Below, in pieces: positions 50,473-61,296 of a stretch of DNA of 64,000 bases (position 1 is its first letter; every line of letters begins with the position of its first letter). The stretch covers positions 310 through 64,309 of the forward strand of contig JAFGND010000106.1 in assembly GCA_016927185.1 (NCBI GenBank), in the 5' to 3' direction. Both the position numbers and the translations under genes were made by a program. The notes beneath the pieces are model-generated. The model saw only the letters and a list, made by a program, of their open reading frames with translations. It was not told where the DNA came from and searched no databases. Origin of the DNA: Candidatus Coatesbacteria bacterium. Its GTDB lineage: Bacteria > JAFGND01.

Positions 50473-51006
50473 ATGTCAGAATTAGAACATAACATTGGTG
50501 AAGAACATCAAGTAGATCAGGAACTTGAAAAAAGAATAATTTCAATCAATCGTGTTGCCAAGGTTGTTAAAGGTGGCAGGCGGCTTTCAGCAAGCGTTCT
50601 CATGGCTGTTGGGGATAAAAACAGCAGGATTGGAATAGGTCTTGGAAAAGCAAGAGCTGTTCCGGATGCTATAAGAAAAGCGATAGAAGATGCTAAAAAG
50701 AATATGATTACTATAGAGATAAGAGATACAACTATACCGATTGAAGTGATGGGGCAATATGGTTCCAGTAAGGTTTTACTTAAACCTGCTGGCAGGGGAA
50801 CAGGTGTTATTGCAGGAGGAACAGTTCGTGCGATACTTGAAGCAGCAGGTATAGGAGATGTGCTGACAAAATCTATAGGAACTACTACACCTCATAATCT
50901 TGCAAAAGCAACAATGGAAGGCTTGAAAAAGATAAACATTATGGTTAGAGTAAGTAGATATCGAAGGAGACGAGCAAGTGGACAAGTTAAAGCTAACCCA
51001 GATTAA
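50473..51006 (+). CDS. rpsE: 30S ribosomal protein S5
   Basis: NRVAKVVKGGR, GTGVIAGG. Confidence 0.97.
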   Translation: MSELEHNIGEEHQVDQELEKRIISINRVAKVVKGGRRLSASVLMAVGDKNSRIGIGLGKARAVPDAIRKAIEDAKKNMITIEIRDTTIPIEVMGQYGSSKVLLKPAGRGTGVIAGGTVRAILEAAGIGDVLTKSIGTTTPHNLAKATMEGLKKINIMVRVSRYRRRRASGQVKANPD

Positions 51007-51175
51007 AAGTACAATAGGCAGACCAGAGAAACATAAAAGAATAATCAAAGCTCTTGGTTTCAAGAGGTTGAATAATACTGTTGTACATGATAAATCACCA
51101 CAAATCCTAGGGATGGTTAAGAAAGTTAATCATTTGCTGAAAATAGAGGAGATTAATGATGATAAAACTCAATAA
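50978..51175 (+). CDS. rpmD: 50S ribosomal protein L30
   Basis: KLTQIKSTIG, ALG, GMVKKVNHL. Confidence 0.94.
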   Translation: MDKLKLTQIKSTIGRPEKHKRIIKALGFKRLNNTVVHDKSPQILGMVKKVNHLLKIEEINDDKTQ

Positions 51176-51656
51176 TCTGAAATTTGCAGATGGAGCAAGA
51201 AAACAGGAAAAAAGAAGAGGAATTGGCACAGCATCAGGTATTGGGGGAACATCCGGAAGAGGGCATAAAGGTCAAAATAGCAGATCCGGACATACATCTC
51301 ACAAATGGCATGAAGGTGGTCAGATGCCTTTACAGAGAAGGATCAGAAAATATGGATTTATAAACAGGTATAAGAAAGTTTATACTCTTGTTGATGTAAA
51401 TATACTTAACAGATTTCCGGAAGGGACAAGAATAAGCATCTCCATGCTTAAGGAAAAAAAGATAATTGAAGGGAAGAAACCAATCAAGTTTCTTAATAAA
51501 GCTGAATTATCTGGTGTGTACACAGTTGAAACTAATGCCATTTCCAAAGGAGCAAAAGAGAGTATTGAATCAAAAGGTGGATCTGTAATTATTCTGGGGA
51601 AAGAAATCCCTTCAGATGATAATAACAAGAAAAACATTGATGAAAACAGAGAATAA
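51156..51656 (+). CDS. rplO: 50S ribosomal protein L15
   Basis: GRGHKGQNSR, EGGQMPLQRR. Confidence 0.96.
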   Translation: MMIKLNNLKFADGARKQEKRRGIGTASGIGGTSGRGHKGQNSRSGHTSHKWHEGGQMPLQRRIRKYGFINRYKKVYTLVDVNILNRFPEGTRISISMLKEKKIIEGKKPIKFLNKAELSGVYTVETNAISKGAKESIESKGGSVIILGKEIPSDDNNKKNIDENRE

Positions 51657-51659
51657 TAT

Positions 51660-52994
51660 ATGAGTGCTATAATAAATGAATTATCAAAGATATTCTCAAT
51701 CAAGGATTTAAGAAAGAGAATATTCTTTACAATTGCAATAATTGCAATTTATCGTCTGGGAGATTTTATTCCTACCCCCGGAGTAAACAGTGCAGCTTTA
51801 TCTCAGTTTGTTAAGCAATCAAAGGATTCTTTGTTTGGTATGTTTGATTTATTTGTTGGTGGTGCTTTTTCACAGGCCTCAATATTCAGTTTAGGAATAA
51901 TGCCTTACATAAGCTCATCAATCATAATACAGCTATTAACTTCTATAGTTCCGTTTTTCGAGAAACTTAAGAAGGAAGGAGCTGAGGGACAAAAGAAGAT
52001 AAATCAATATACAAGATATGGAACATTATTATTTGCTGGTGTCCAGTCAATGGGTTTAACGACATTGCTTCAGAATTTACATTTACCTGATGGAACACCA
52101 ATTGTTCCTAATCCAGGAATTGCTTTTCAGCTGTTGACAATATTGACAATGGTTTGCGGAACAATTTTTGTAATGTGGTTAGGTGAACAGATAACTGAAA
52201 GAGGTATAGGAAACGGAATTTCACTTCTAATCTTCATTGGAATTGTTGCAAGAGTACCACAGGATCTTCTGGAAACCTTGAGATTAACCCAGACAGATGA
52301 AATAAACATAATTTCACTAGCAATCTTCTTCGTTTTCTATTTCCTTCTTATTGCATCAATTGTCTTTGTTACGCAAGGGAAAAGGAAGATAAAAGTAATT
52401 TATCCTGGTCGAACTCGCGGAGGTTACAGGGTTAGCAAAACAGAACAGTATATCCCTTTATCAATAAATATTGCAGGTGTTATCCCGATTATTTTCGCAT
52501 CAAGTTTACTTACATTTCCTCAGACTATAGGAATGTTTCTTGGAGACAGTGAAATACTGACATGGATAAATACCGTTTTTGGAAGAGGATCAATAGTTAA
52601 TGATTTATTATATTTTGTCTTGATTGTCTTTTTCACATATTTTTATACAGCTATTGTTTTCAATCCTGAAGATCTGGCAAATAACATAAAGAAGAATGGC
52701 GGCTATATACCTGGATGGAAACCTGGAAAATATACTGCAGAGAAGATAGAAACAATACTGCATAGGGTAACTCTTCCTGGTTCAATCTTCCTGGGTTTGG
52801 TTGCAGTTGTTCCATATCATATATATGATGCTTTGGGTATTAAAACTCTAACAAATATTGGTGGAGGAACATCAATATTGATTATGATTGGTGTTGCCCT
52901 GGATACAGTCATGCAATTGAGGAATCATTTAAGAATGCGTCATTATGAACTGGAGTTTAAACAAAGAAGCCAGAGATTGGGATCAGCATTTTAG
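51660..52994 (+). CDS. secY: Preprotein translocase subunit SecY
   Basis: SIFSLGIMPYI, WLGEQITERGIGNGISL, GGTSILI. Confidence 0.98.
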   Translation: MSAIINELSKIFSIKDLRKRIFFTIAIIAIYRLGDFIPTPGVNSAALSQFVKQSKDSLFGMFDLFVGGAFSQASIFSLGIMPYISSSIIIQLLTSIVPFFEKLKKEGAEGQKKINQYTRYGTLLFAGVQSMGLTTLLQNLHLPDGTPIVPNPGIAFQLLTILTMVCGTIFVMWLGEQITERGIGNGISLLIFIGIVARVPQDLLETLRLTQTDEINIISLAIFFVFYFLLIASIVFVTQGKRKIKVIYPGRTRGGYRVSKTEQYIPLSINIAGVIPIIFASSLLTFPQTIGMFLGDSEILTWINTVFGRGSIVNDLLYFVLIVFFTYFYTAIVFNPEDLANNIKKNGGYIPGWKPGKYTAEKIETILHRVTLPGSIFLGLVAVVPYHIYDALGIKTLTNIGGGTSILIMIGVALDTVMQLRNHLRMRHYELEFKQRSQRLGSAF

Positions 52995-53008
52995 AAAGAA
53001 GGTTATGA

Positions 53009-53224
53009 TTGTCAAAACAAGAACCGCGTGTTGAAGGTGTTGTAGTAGAAACTCTACCAAACTCTCTTGTAAAGGTGGAACTCAAGAACGGAGTCCAGAT
53101 TCTTGCTAATGTCTCCGGGAAAATGAGAATGAATTACATCAAGATCTTGCCTGGCGACAGAGTATTGGTTGAATTATCAAAATACGATTTAACTCGTGGT
53201 CGGATAACGTATAGATACAAGTGA
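53009..53224 (+). CDS. infA: Translation initiation factor IF-1
   Basis: [23 protein letters not shown]. Confidence 0.97.
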   Translation: MSKQEPRVEGVVVETLPNSLVKVELKNGVQILANVSGKMRMNYIKILPGDRVLVELSKYDLTRGRITYRYK

Positions 53225-53231
53225 GGATAAA

Positions 53232-53345
53232 ATGAAAGTTAAAGCTTCAGTAAAGAAAAGATGTGATCAATGTCGTGTTATCCGCAGAAGAGGAATAATA
53301 AGAGTTATATGCAAAAACCCACGTCATAAGCAGAGACAGGGATAG
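53232..53345 (+). CDS. rpmJ: 50S ribosomal protein L36 (absent from the ORF track)
   Basis: Read directly: [37 protein letters not shown]. Confidence 0.97.
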   Translation: MKVKASVKKRCDQCRVIRRRGIIRVICKNPRHKQRQG

Positions 53346-53354
53346 GAGGAAAGA

Positions 53355-53735
53355 ATGGCTCGTATTTCAGGAATTGACCTTCCGAGAAATAAAAGAATAG
53401 AAATAGGTTTGACTTATATTTTTGGGATAGGTTTGAAAACCTCCCAGGAAATCCTTAAAGCAACACATGTTAGCCCGGATATAAGAGTTAAAGATCTTAC
53501 TGAAGAGCAAATAAATGTTTTGCGCAAGGAAATAGAGAATAATTACAAGGTTGAAGGTGCTTTAAGAAATGAAATCAGCCTGAATATCAAAAGACTTATG
53601 GAAATAGGGTGCTATAGGGGTATAAGGCATAGAAGAAATCTTCCTGTAAGGGGACAGAATACTCACAAGAATGCAAGAACTCGTCGTGGAGTGAAACGTG
53701 CTCCAATTGCAAAGAAAAAGAAAGTAAAAGGCTAG
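53355..53735 (+). CDS. rpsM: 30S ribosomal protein S13
   Basis: [21 protein letters not shown]. Confidence 0.98.
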   Translation: MARISGIDLPRNKRIEIGLTYIFGIGLKTSQEILKATHVSPDIRVKDLTEEQINVLRKEIENNYKVEGALRNEISLNIKRLMEIGCYRGIRHRRNLPVRGQNTHKNARTRRGVKRAPIAKKKKVKG

Positions 53736-53752
53736 TAAAGGAGGAATAGAAC

Positions 53753-54139
53753 TTGGCTAAAAGGCAAACAAAAAAGAAAGCTAAGAAAGTAGTGGATCCA
53801 TTGGGAATACTTCATGTTCAATCCACTTTCAATAACACAATAATATCAATTACTGATAAGCAGGGGGATGTAATTTGCTGGGCAAGTGCAGGAACCAGTG
53901 GATTCAAGGGTTCAAAAAAATCTACAGCCTTTGCAGCTCAGGTTGCAGCAGAGGATTGTGCTAAACGTGCTCTTGCTATGGGCATAAAGAAAGTGGAAGC
54001 TTCAATAAAAGGACCGGGTCCCGGTAAAGAATCAGCAGTAAGAAGTGCGCAGGCTGTTGGATTGAATGTATCAGGCGTCAGAGATATAACTCCAACTCCA
54101 CACAATGGATGTCGTGCAAAAAAACGACGTAGAATGTAA
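53753..54139 (+). CDS. rpsK: 30S ribosomal protein S11
   Basis: [21 protein letters not shown]. Confidence 0.98.
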   Translation: MAKRQTKKKAKKVVDPLGILHVQSTFNNTIISITDKQGDVICWASAGTSGFKGSKKSTAFAAQVAAEDCAKRALAMGIKKVEASIKGPGPGKESAVRSAQAVGLNVSGVRDITPTPHNGCRAKKRRRM

Positions 54140-54153
54140 TAAAGGAGGTTAGT

Positions 54154-54783
54154 TTGGCAAAATATACAGGTCCTCGTTGTCGCTTATGCAGAAGAGAAGG
54201 AGAGAAATTATTTCTGAAAGGTTCCCGCTGTTATAGCGATAAATGCTCATTTGACAGAAGAACTTTTGCTCCGGGAGTAGCAGGCAGATCAAACAGGTTT
54301 GGGAAGCTAACTGAATATGCTCTTCGGTTAAGAGAAAAGCAGAAACTACGTCGAACTTATGGAATGATGGAGAAGCAATTCAAGAGGTTTTTTAAACTTG
54401 CTGTAAAGATGAAAGGAAATACTGGAGAGAACTTCTTGCAGTTGCTTGAAAGAAGACTGGATAATATAGTATTGAAACTGGGTATAGCTCCTTCAATATA
54501 TGCAGCAAGACAGGTAGTAAACCATGGACATATCCAGGTAAATGGGAAAAAGGTTGATATTCCTTCTTATCTTGTAAAAAAGAGTGATGTTATAAATGTA
54601 AAAGAAGGTAGCAAATATGCAAAACTTGCTAAATATTTCATAGAAGAAAGACAGAGTATTCTTCCTGAATGGTTATCACTTGATGCAGAGAGATTGCAGG
54701 GAGCCGTACTTGAACTGCCGGTACGTGATCAAATAGTAATACCTGTCAAAGAACAATTAATCATCGAATTTTATTCCAAATAA
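54154..54783 (+). CDS. rpsD: 30S ribosomal protein S4
   Basis: [29 protein letters not shown]. Confidence 0.98.
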   Translation: MAKYTGPRCRLCRREGEKLFLKGSRCYSDKCSFDRRTFAPGVAGRSNRFGKLTEYALRLREKQKLRRTYGMMEKQFKRFFKLAVKMKGNTGENFLQLLERRLDNIVLKLGIAPSIYAARQVVNHGHIQVNGKKVDIPSYLVKKSDVINVKEGSKYAKLAKYFIEERQSILPEWLSLDAERLQGAVLELPVRDQIVIPVKEQLIIEFYSK

Positions 54784-54798
54784 TCGAAAGGGTTAAGC

Positions 54799-55860
54799 AT
54801 GATTAAATGGAAACAGATGGTAAAGTTTGAGGGAGTGGAAGCCCTTGAACCTGAAAAACATACATCTACTTATGGCAAATTTGTGATAAAACCATTGGAA
54901 AATGGTTTTGGAGTAACTCTTGGTAATGCATTGAGAAGAGTTCTTCTGTCATCAATACAAGGAGTTGCAATAGTAGCAGTAAAAATTGAAAATGTTATGC
55001 ATGAGTTTTCAACTATTTCAGGAGTAGTCCAGGATGTTTCCGAGATTCTCTTGAATATAAAAGGGATTGACCTTAAGGCAGACAGTTTTTCTAAGGAACT
55101 TCAGCCAGACTTGAGACTGACTTTAAACAAATCAGGTAAAGGGATAGTCACTGCAAAAGACATAAATTGTCCTGCAGGTATTTTTGTTTTAAATCCTGAT
55201 TTGAAAATAGCAGAATTATCACAAGATGGTCACCTGGAAATTGAATTTATGATAGATGTTAACAGGGGATATATTCCAGCTTCAGAATATGCTGCAGTTA
55301 ATCATCTACCAAAACGCTTTATAGTAATAGATTGTGATTTTTCTCCAATAAAAAGAGTGAGTTTCAAGACTGCAAATTACAGGATCAATAATAAAACAGA
55401 TTATGATAAACTGGAAGTGGAAATAGAGACTAACGGAAGCATAAATCCCCGTCAATCATTATCTTATGCTGCAGTAATTCTCAGGGATCTATTTAATGGA
55501 ATTGTAGACAGGATTTCGGGAGAATATGTTTATGAAGAGTCTACTGAAGAAAGAAGAGATTTCCAGAGAGAGCATTTACAGGAGCTCTTGAAAAAATCAA
55601 TAAATGAGCTTGAGTTAACTGTAAGACCCGTTAACTGCTTGCAAGCAGCTCATATAACAACTCTGGGAGATCTTGTAAGAAGAACAGAAGCTGAAATGCT
55701 CAAATACAGGAATTTTGGCAGGAAAAGTCTGGAAGAATTAAAAAAGGTTTTAGCAGAATATGATTTGAAACTGGGAATGAATCTTGAAGGTATTGAGATT
55801 GATCTTGGAGTTCCCGCTGAGGAGTTGAGAATGAAATATGAGGCACCTGCAGAAGAATAG
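54799..55860 (+). CDS. rpoA: RNA polymerase alpha subunit
   Basis: GVTLGNALRRVLLSS, HEFS, NFGRKSL. Confidence 0.98.
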   Translation: MIKWKQMVKFEGVEALEPEKHTSTYGKFVIKPLENGFGVTLGNALRRVLLSSIQGVAIVAVKIENVMHEFSTISGVVQDVSEILLNIKGIDLKADSFSKELQPDLRLTLNKSGKGIVTAKDINCPAGIFVLNPDLKIAELSQDGHLEIEFMIDVNRGYIPASEYAAVNHLPKRFIVIDCDFSPIKRVSFKTANYRINNKTDYDKLEVEIETNGSINPRQSLSYAAVILRDLFNGIVDRISGEYVYEESTEERRDFQREHLQELLKKSINELELTVRPVNCLQAAHITTLGDLVRRTEAEMLKYRNFGRKSLEELKKVLAEYDLKLGMNLEGIEIDLGVPAEELRMKYEAPAEE

Positions 55861-56353
55861 AAAGTTGAATAGAACTGCTTCACATAGAGAAGCAATGTTC
55901 TCCAATATGATAACAACACTATTTGAACAGGAACGAATAGTAACCACTGTTGCAAAAGCGAAAGAAGCTAGAAGTATTGCAGAAAGACTTGTTACATATG
56001 CTAAGAAAGGCGATTTACACAGAAGAAGACTTGCTGCAAGAATAATAAAAAAAGAGGACATACTGAAGAAGCTTTTTGAGGATATTGCAGAACGTTTCAA
56101 GGACAGGAATGGTGGTTATACAAGAATTTTGAAAAAGGGTATTAGAGCAGGGGATAGCGCTCCTCTATGTTTTTTCGAACTTACAACTATAAAGGAAAAA
56201 ACAGAAGAAGAAAAGGAAACCGAGATAAAGAAATCGACTAAATCAAAGCCAAAAGTACCAAAGAAGAAAACCGCTGAAAAAGAAGAAGTCAAAGAAACTG
56301 CAGTTGAGGAATCCAAAGAAGAAGAAATAAAAGATACTGAAAAAACCGAATAA
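55838..56353 (+). CDS. rplQ: 50S ribosomal protein L17 with charged tail
   Basis: MRH, TTVAKAKE, RNGGYTRI. Confidence 0.97.
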   Translation: MRHLQKNRKLNRTASHREAMFSNMITTLFEQERIVTTVAKAKEARSIAERLVTYAKKGDLHRRRLAARIIKKEDILKKLFEDIAERFKDRNGGYTRILKKGIRAGDSAPLCFFELTTIKEKTEEEKETEIKKSTKSKPKVPKKKTAEKEEVKETAVEESKEEEIKDTEKTE

Positions 56354-56364
56354 AATGGTGTTAT

Positions 56365-57087
56365 TTAACCCCTGTCTGTCTGGACAGGGGTATTTTCTTT
56401 TTCAAAAAACCTTTTCAATAATCTGGGAACAAAAAAGCCACTTATAAAAAGAATTATCGGTAGTATGATATCAAATCTGAGAAGCATGCCAAAACCTTTC
56501 CAGCTTACAATGATTTCCTTGATTGCTGTTATAAAAAAAGTGACTATCACGATATTTGGTATTTGACCAAGCAATGTCCCAAGAAAGAAATCAAAGAACC
56601 TTATTCTGGTAGCACTTGCTCCAAAGTTCAAGATGAAGTAAGGGAAGAAAATCAGCCTGAGATATAGCACTATTTTAAATCCCTCTTTTTCTATCTTCCC
56701 TTGCCATTTTTCAAGCTTCTGGCTTTTAAACTTATATGCTAGATCTCCTAGGAAGTATCTTCCTATAATGAAAGCGACACAGGCTCCTGAAACTGTTGAT
56801 ATAATGTTTATGACGCTTCCAAGAAAAGAACCAAAAATAATGCTTCCAAGTGTTACCATAAAACTAGCGGGAATCATAAGGCATGCAGTTACAATAAAAA
56901 CCAAAATGAATAATGGATAAATCCATAAGCCAATAGTCTGCTTATATTTCTCTATTTCAATAACAATTCTTGCAGGATCCTGAAGCTTTTCCCTGAGAGG
57001 AGAAAAGGAAACTAAATATAGTAAGATAAGAATGATTAAAATAAAAGAAACTGGTTTCAACCAGCTTTTCAAGGATTTAAAAGACAT
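56365..57087 (-). CDS. TVP38/TMEM64 (DedA/SNARE-associated) membrane protein
   Basis: GACVAFIIGR, LRLIFFPYFILNF, FFLGTLLG; likely start MSFKSLK at 57087. Confidence 0.85.
   Translation of the reverse strand: MSFKSLKSWLKPVSFILIILILLYLVSFSPLREKLQDPARIVIEIEKYKQTIGLWIYPLFILVFIVTACLMIPASFMVTLGSIIFGSFLGSVINIISTVSGACVAFIIGRYFLGDLAYKFKSQKLEKWQGKIEKEGFKIVLYLRLIFFPYFILNFGASATRIRFFDFFLGTLLGQIPNIVIVTFFITAIKEIIVSWKGFGMLLRFDIILPIILFISGFFVPRLLKRFFEKENTPVQTDRG
56368..56402 (+). terminator. Rho-independent terminator of the alpha operon, overlapping the 3' end of the convergent gene
   Basis: ACCCCTGTC-tgtctg-GACAGGGGT followed by ATTTTCTTTTT. Confidence 0.8.
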
Positions 57088-57207
57088 GTTAATCTGCTTT
57101 AATTTCAAGCAAAACATGTCAAGCATTTCAATATAAGAAAATCCAAAACATTCTAAAAACTGCTTGCTAAAAAATTGAGTATAATTATATGTTGACAAAG
57201 TTTTGAA

Positions 57208-57282
57208 GGGCGATTAGCTCAGTTTGGTTAGAGTACTTGCTTGACATGCAAGGGGTCACTGGTTCAACTCCAGTATCGCCCA
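57208..57282 (+). tRNA. tRNA-Val(GAC), CCA not encoded
   Basis: Acceptor stem GGGCGAT/ATCGCCC, D arm, anticodon stem CTTGC-ttGACat-GCAAG, T loop GGTTCAACTCC. Confidence 0.96.
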
Positions 57283-57942
57283 TTACTTGATATGGTTTCT
57301 TAATTTCTCAAGATAATTCTCTATAGAAGCAGCTTTTACCAAAGCTGATCCAACTACAAACAAATTGGCACCTGCTTCTTTCACTTCTCTTATATTATCG
57401 ATATTTATTCCGCCATCTACCTGAATAGGTTTATTCTTGGTTACTGGATTTTTTCTTAATTTTTTTACTTTTTCTAAGACTTTTTCATTGAATTTTTGTC
57501 CTCCAAATCCTGGCTGAACACTCATTATCAGAAACCAGTCAGCAATCTCTGCATAAGGCATCAGCTTTTCATAATCCGTGTCAGGATTAATGGCTATACC
57601 CAAAAGAATATCTTTATAAATAGCTTTGAGGGATTTCAAGTCAGGATTTATTTCTGCATGTAGACTAAATGCTCTGATACCTTCTTTAATGAAAAAAGGG
57701 ATATATTTATTTGGATCTGTAATCATTAAATGAGCCTCGAGAAGTATTTCAGGATAAGCTCTTTGAATCTGTCCTGAAATCTCAGGCCCGAAAGAGATAT
57801 TCGGAACAAAGTGTCCATCCATTATATCAAGATGAATAATATCAATATTCTCTTTTCTTAAAATATCAAGCTGTTTTTTCAAGCAGGTAAAATCTGCTGA
57901 GAGGATAGATGGAGTTATCTGGATATTTTCAAAAAGACTCAT
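57283..57942 (-). CDS. rpe: Ribulose-phosphate 3-epimerase
   Basis: PSILSADF, HLDIMDGHFVPN, MSVQPGFGGQ, VDGGIN. Confidence 0.97.
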   Translation of the reverse strand: MSLFENIQITPSILSADFTCLKKQLDILRKENIDIIHLDIMDGHFVPNISFGPEISGQIQRAYPEILLEAHLMITDPNKYIPFFIKEGIRAFSLHAEINPDLKSLKAIYKDILLGIAINPDTDYEKLMPYAEIADWFLIMSVQPGFGGQKFNEKVLEKVKKLRKNPVTKNKPIQVDGGINIDNIREVKEAGANLFVVGSALVKAASIENYLEKLRNHIK

Positions 57943-58015
57943 TGTTTTACCTTTCTGTTTTCAATAAAGTAATAAGAAAATTCTTTTTTGTCCAATATTA
58001 TAGAATATAAAATTA

Positions 58016-58918
58016 TCATCTAGTTTTCTTTTTGTCAGTCTTGACAGTTTTTCTGGCTTTTATTTCTTTTTTTTCTGATACCGATTTGTTCAGGGAATAG
58101 GAATTTTTTTCTATCATTTTTAATACATCACCTCTGTATTCTTCGTTAGCTTTTATAGTAAGGATCAATGTTGGATATATTGCATCATTTGTTTGCGAAA
58201 AGAATGACGTTCCAGGAGCTGGATTTTGTGATATTACAGAACCTGGTTCTATTTCATTCTTATCAGTAAACTCTGCCTTCAATATAAGTGGAAATGGATT
58301 CATTTTAAGTTTTTTAAGTACTGCCAGATAGTTTGGATATGCTTTATTTTTTGAATCATCACTTATTACTTCTGGAACAGTTATATCAGGGAATTTACCA
58401 AGGCTAATTAAAGCAAGGATTCCCTGACCGGGTATGATTTTTTCTCCAGCCTTTGGAAAGGTGCTTTCAATCTGAAAAGAAGGAGTAGTTTTAGAAAAGG
58501 TATAGATGATACTAATCAAGGTGAGTTGATTGTTTTTCAAGAATTCTTTTAACTGATCCTGAGTTTTGTTCTTGAAGTCAGGCATTACAAGATCATTAAA
58601 ACCATCCGATACAACTATCTTTACTTCACTTCCTTTCTTGATAGCCATATTGGGTTGTGGATTTTGCTCTAATATTATATCTTTGGAGAAGATTGGATGC
58701 TTTTTTCTTTCAATAACTTTCAAATTAAGTTCCAGCTCCCTTACTTTCCTGTTTGCATCATCAATGCTACTAAACAGAATTGAAGGCATTGCAGCTTTTG
58801 GTGACAGTTTATTAGTATAAGGGATTACTATTTCCTTGAAAAAATATAGACCGGTGAAAAAAGGAATAACCGACAATACTATAAACCATGAGAGATATTT
58901 CACAAATCTCATCTTCAT
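58016..58918 (-). CDS. Membrane-anchored PASTA domain protein without kinase domain
   Basis: N-terminal TM, repeats ILEQNPQP...VVSDG, MPDF, VISQNPAPG. Confidence 0.8.
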   Translation of the reverse strand: MKMRFVKYLSWFIVLSVIPFFTGLYFFKEIVIPYTNKLSPKAAMPSILFSSIDDANRKVRELELNLKVIERKKHPIFSKDIILEQNPQPNMAIKKGSEVKIVVSDGFNDLVMPDFKNKTQDQLKEFLKNNQLTLISIIYTFSKTTPSFQIESTFPKAGEKIIPGQGILALISLGKFPDITVPEVISDDSKNKAYPNYLAVLKKLKMNPFPLILKAEFTDKNEIEPGSVISQNPAPGTSFFSQTNDAIYPTLILTIKANEEYRGDVLKMIEKNSYSLNKSVSEKKEIKARKTVKTDKKKTR

Positions 58919-58976
58919 ATTATTCTCTTGACGCTATTTTATAAATTGGATTATTACGCAACTATAAACTATTGAT

Positions 58977-60416
58977 ATGGTAAATAAAAAAGATGAATCC
59001 AGTTTGCTGCAAAAGAGGATAGAAGACTTAACTTATATATTATCCATATCCAAAGCTATGACTGCTGAAAAGGATATATATAAGTTACTGGACTTGATAC
59101 TTCTTGCTGCAACAAGAGTTACACAAGCCGAAAGAGGTTCAATATTTATCGTAGATTCAATTTCTAACGAACTCAGAAGCTATATCGCAAGAGATTCTGA
59201 AATAGATGAGATAAGATTACCTAAAGGAAAGGGAATTTCTGGATTTGTTGCAGAAACAGGAGAAATAGTAAATATTGTTGAAGCATATAAAGATCCGAGA
59301 TTCAATCCTGATATAGACAGAATAACAGGTTTCACAACCAAAAGCATTTTATGTGCCCCATTAAAAGGAATCAAGGGTAATATTATTGGGGTTGTTCAGC
59401 TATTGAACAAGAATAATGATGAAGGTTTTGATAATTATGATATTGATATTCTTCAGCTTTTCTGTTCACAAGCTGCAGTCTCATTTGAAAATGCCTTTCT
59501 ATATCAGGAAAATGAGAAAACCTTTATCAGTTTTTTGAGGACCTTAGCAAAAGTAATAGATGCTAGAGATCCTGTTACAGCAGGACATAGTGAAAGAGTG
59601 GCAATTTATGCCAGAAGAATAGGTAAGGCTATGAATCTTAGTTCTGAAGATCTGAAGATACTTGATTATGCAGCTGCTCTTCATGACATAGGAAAGATAG
59701 GTATAAGAGATGAGATTCTTCTCAAGCCATCACCTTTCACAGAAAAGGAAAGAGAAATAATAAAGAGCCATGCATTGATAACTCAAGACATACTTGAGCA
59801 GATGTATTTTAGTGCTGAGCTGAGAAGTATTCCCCATGTTGCATCATGTCATCATGAAAGAATTGATGGAAAAGGTTATCCTCATCAGCTTGATGGAGAG
59901 AGTATTTCACTTCTTGCAAAAATACTGGCAGTAGCTGATGTTTATGATGCATTGACATCTTATGACAGACCCTACAAGAAAGCCTTTTCTCAACAGGAAG
60001 CAATTTCAATACTGCTTGAAGGAAGAGGTACTGCTTTTGATGCTGAGGTTGTAGATATCTTCATAATAGAGAGGCTTTATATAGATGAACAAAGAATTTT
60101 TGCCAGGATTGAGAAAAACATCTATATTGACTATAGACAACTTGTAACAACATTATCCAGAAATGAGATTTTTGACAAGGCAAGAACTTTGAATATAAGT
60201 GCAAGTGGTCTTTTATTTGAAACCTTGAATCCTATTAAAATTGGAAGATATATTGAACTTACCATTCACTTACCTCATTATGATTTTCCAATTGTAGCTA
60301 TTGTTGTAAGATGTTTCAAGCATAATAATTTTTATCAGATAGGCATAAAATTTATTGATTTATCACAGGAAATGGAAAAAAGACTTGAGGAATATCTTGT
60401 AATTATAGATAACTAA
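58977..60416 (+). CDS. GAF - HD-GYP - PilZ cyclic di-GMP phosphodiesterase
   Basis: GAF (DAY-like YKDPRFNPDIDRITGF), HDIGK, HHERIDGKGYP, PilZ RxxxR (RIFAR) and NISASG. Confidence 0.88.
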   Translation: MVNKKDESSLLQKRIEDLTYILSISKAMTAEKDIYKLLDLILLAATRVTQAERGSIFIVDSISNELRSYIARDSEIDEIRLPKGKGISGFVAETGEIVNIVEAYKDPRFNPDIDRITGFTTKSILCAPLKGIKGNIIGVVQLLNKNNDEGFDNYDIDILQLFCSQAAVSFENAFLYQENEKTFISFLRTLAKVIDARDPVTAGHSERVAIYARRIGKAMNLSSEDLKILDYAAALHDIGKIGIRDEILLKPSPFTEKEREIIKSHALITQDILEQMYFSAELRSIPHVASCHHERIDGKGYPHQLDGESISLLAKILAVADVYDALTSYDRPYKKAFSQQEAISILLEGRGTAFDAEVVDIFIIERLYIDEQRIFARIEKNIYIDYRQLVTTLSRNEIFDKARTLNISASGLLFETLNPIKIGRYIELTIHLPHYDFPIVAIVVRCFKHNNFYQIGIKFIDLSQEMEKRLEEYLVIIDN

Positions 60417-61296
60417 TATATTTATCAACCTTATCTGCGAAAACTGTAAGAATATTGACATTTTTGTTTTCATTGAAAATTCTCATGCATCCTGCAAAAG
60501 CAGCACCGCTTGAAATTCCAGCTGAAATCCCATAATGCAAAGCCAAATATCTCATATAATGATCTGCTTCTATATCCTCTATAGTCAGAATTCTGTCTAT
60601 TAGTGATAAGTCAAGAACTTTAGGTATAAAACCAGGACCTATACCCTGTATTGAATGTGAGGATGGAAGACTGCCAGAAAGAACGGCAGAAGCAGCGGGT
60701 TCTACGGCGATTATTTTGATATTAGAGAATTTTCTTTTCAGGACTCTTCCGACACCAGTCAATGTCCCTCCAGTTCCTACCCCAGCAACAAAATAATCAA
60801 TCCTTTCATCCAAGTCCTGTAAAATTTCATATGCTGTTGTTTTCTCATGTATTGCAGGATTTGAAGGATTTTCAAATTGATTAGCAAGAAAAAAATCAGG
60901 ATTTTCTCTGGACATTGAAACAGCTTTTTCAAGAGATCCCTTCACTCCTTGCTTGACTGGAGTAAGAATTATTTCTGCTCCAAAATTAGCTATCAATTTC
61001 CTTCTTTCGACAGTCATGTTTTCAGGCATCACAATCTTGCATCTATAACCTCTTGATGCAGAGATCATTGCAAGAGCAATTCCAGTATTGCCACTTGTGG
61101 CTTCTATTATTGTGCTTTTTTCAGATAAAAGACCAGCTTCTTCAGCATTTTCTATTATTGATAATGCAACTCTGTCTTTAATACTGCCACCCGGATTACT
61201 ACCTTCCAGTTTTGCGAAAAGCAGCCCATTTAATGCTTTGTCATCGAGGCAGATAAGTGGAGTTTTTCCAATAGTATCAGCAATATTATTGTACAC
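60403..61296 (-). CDS. cysK: Cysteine synthase (O-acetylserine thiol-lyase)
   Basis: NPGGSIKDR, EATSGNTG, GVGTGGT, HSIQGIG. Confidence 0.93.
   Translation of the reverse strand: MYNNIADTIGKTPLICLDDKALNGLLFAKLEGSNPGGSIKDRVALSIIENAEEAGLLSEKSTIIEATSGNTGIALAMISASRGYRCKIVMPENMTVERRKLIANFGAEIILTPVKQGVKGSLEKAVSMSRENPDFFLANQFENPSNPAIHEKTTAYEILQDLDERIDYFVAGVGTGGTLTGVGRVLKRKFSNIKIIAVEPAASAVLSGSLPSSHSIQGIGPGFIPKVLDLSLIDRILTIEDIEADHYMRYLALHYGISAGISSGAAFAGCMRIFNENKNVNILTVFADKVDKYISYL

Noticed and set aside
52994-53009. adk and map missing between secY and infA
   Set aside because: A common variation of the spc-alpha region
47981-54783. Zinc-ribbon forms of L24, S14, L36 and S4
   Set aside because: Ordinary in many deep-branching bacteria
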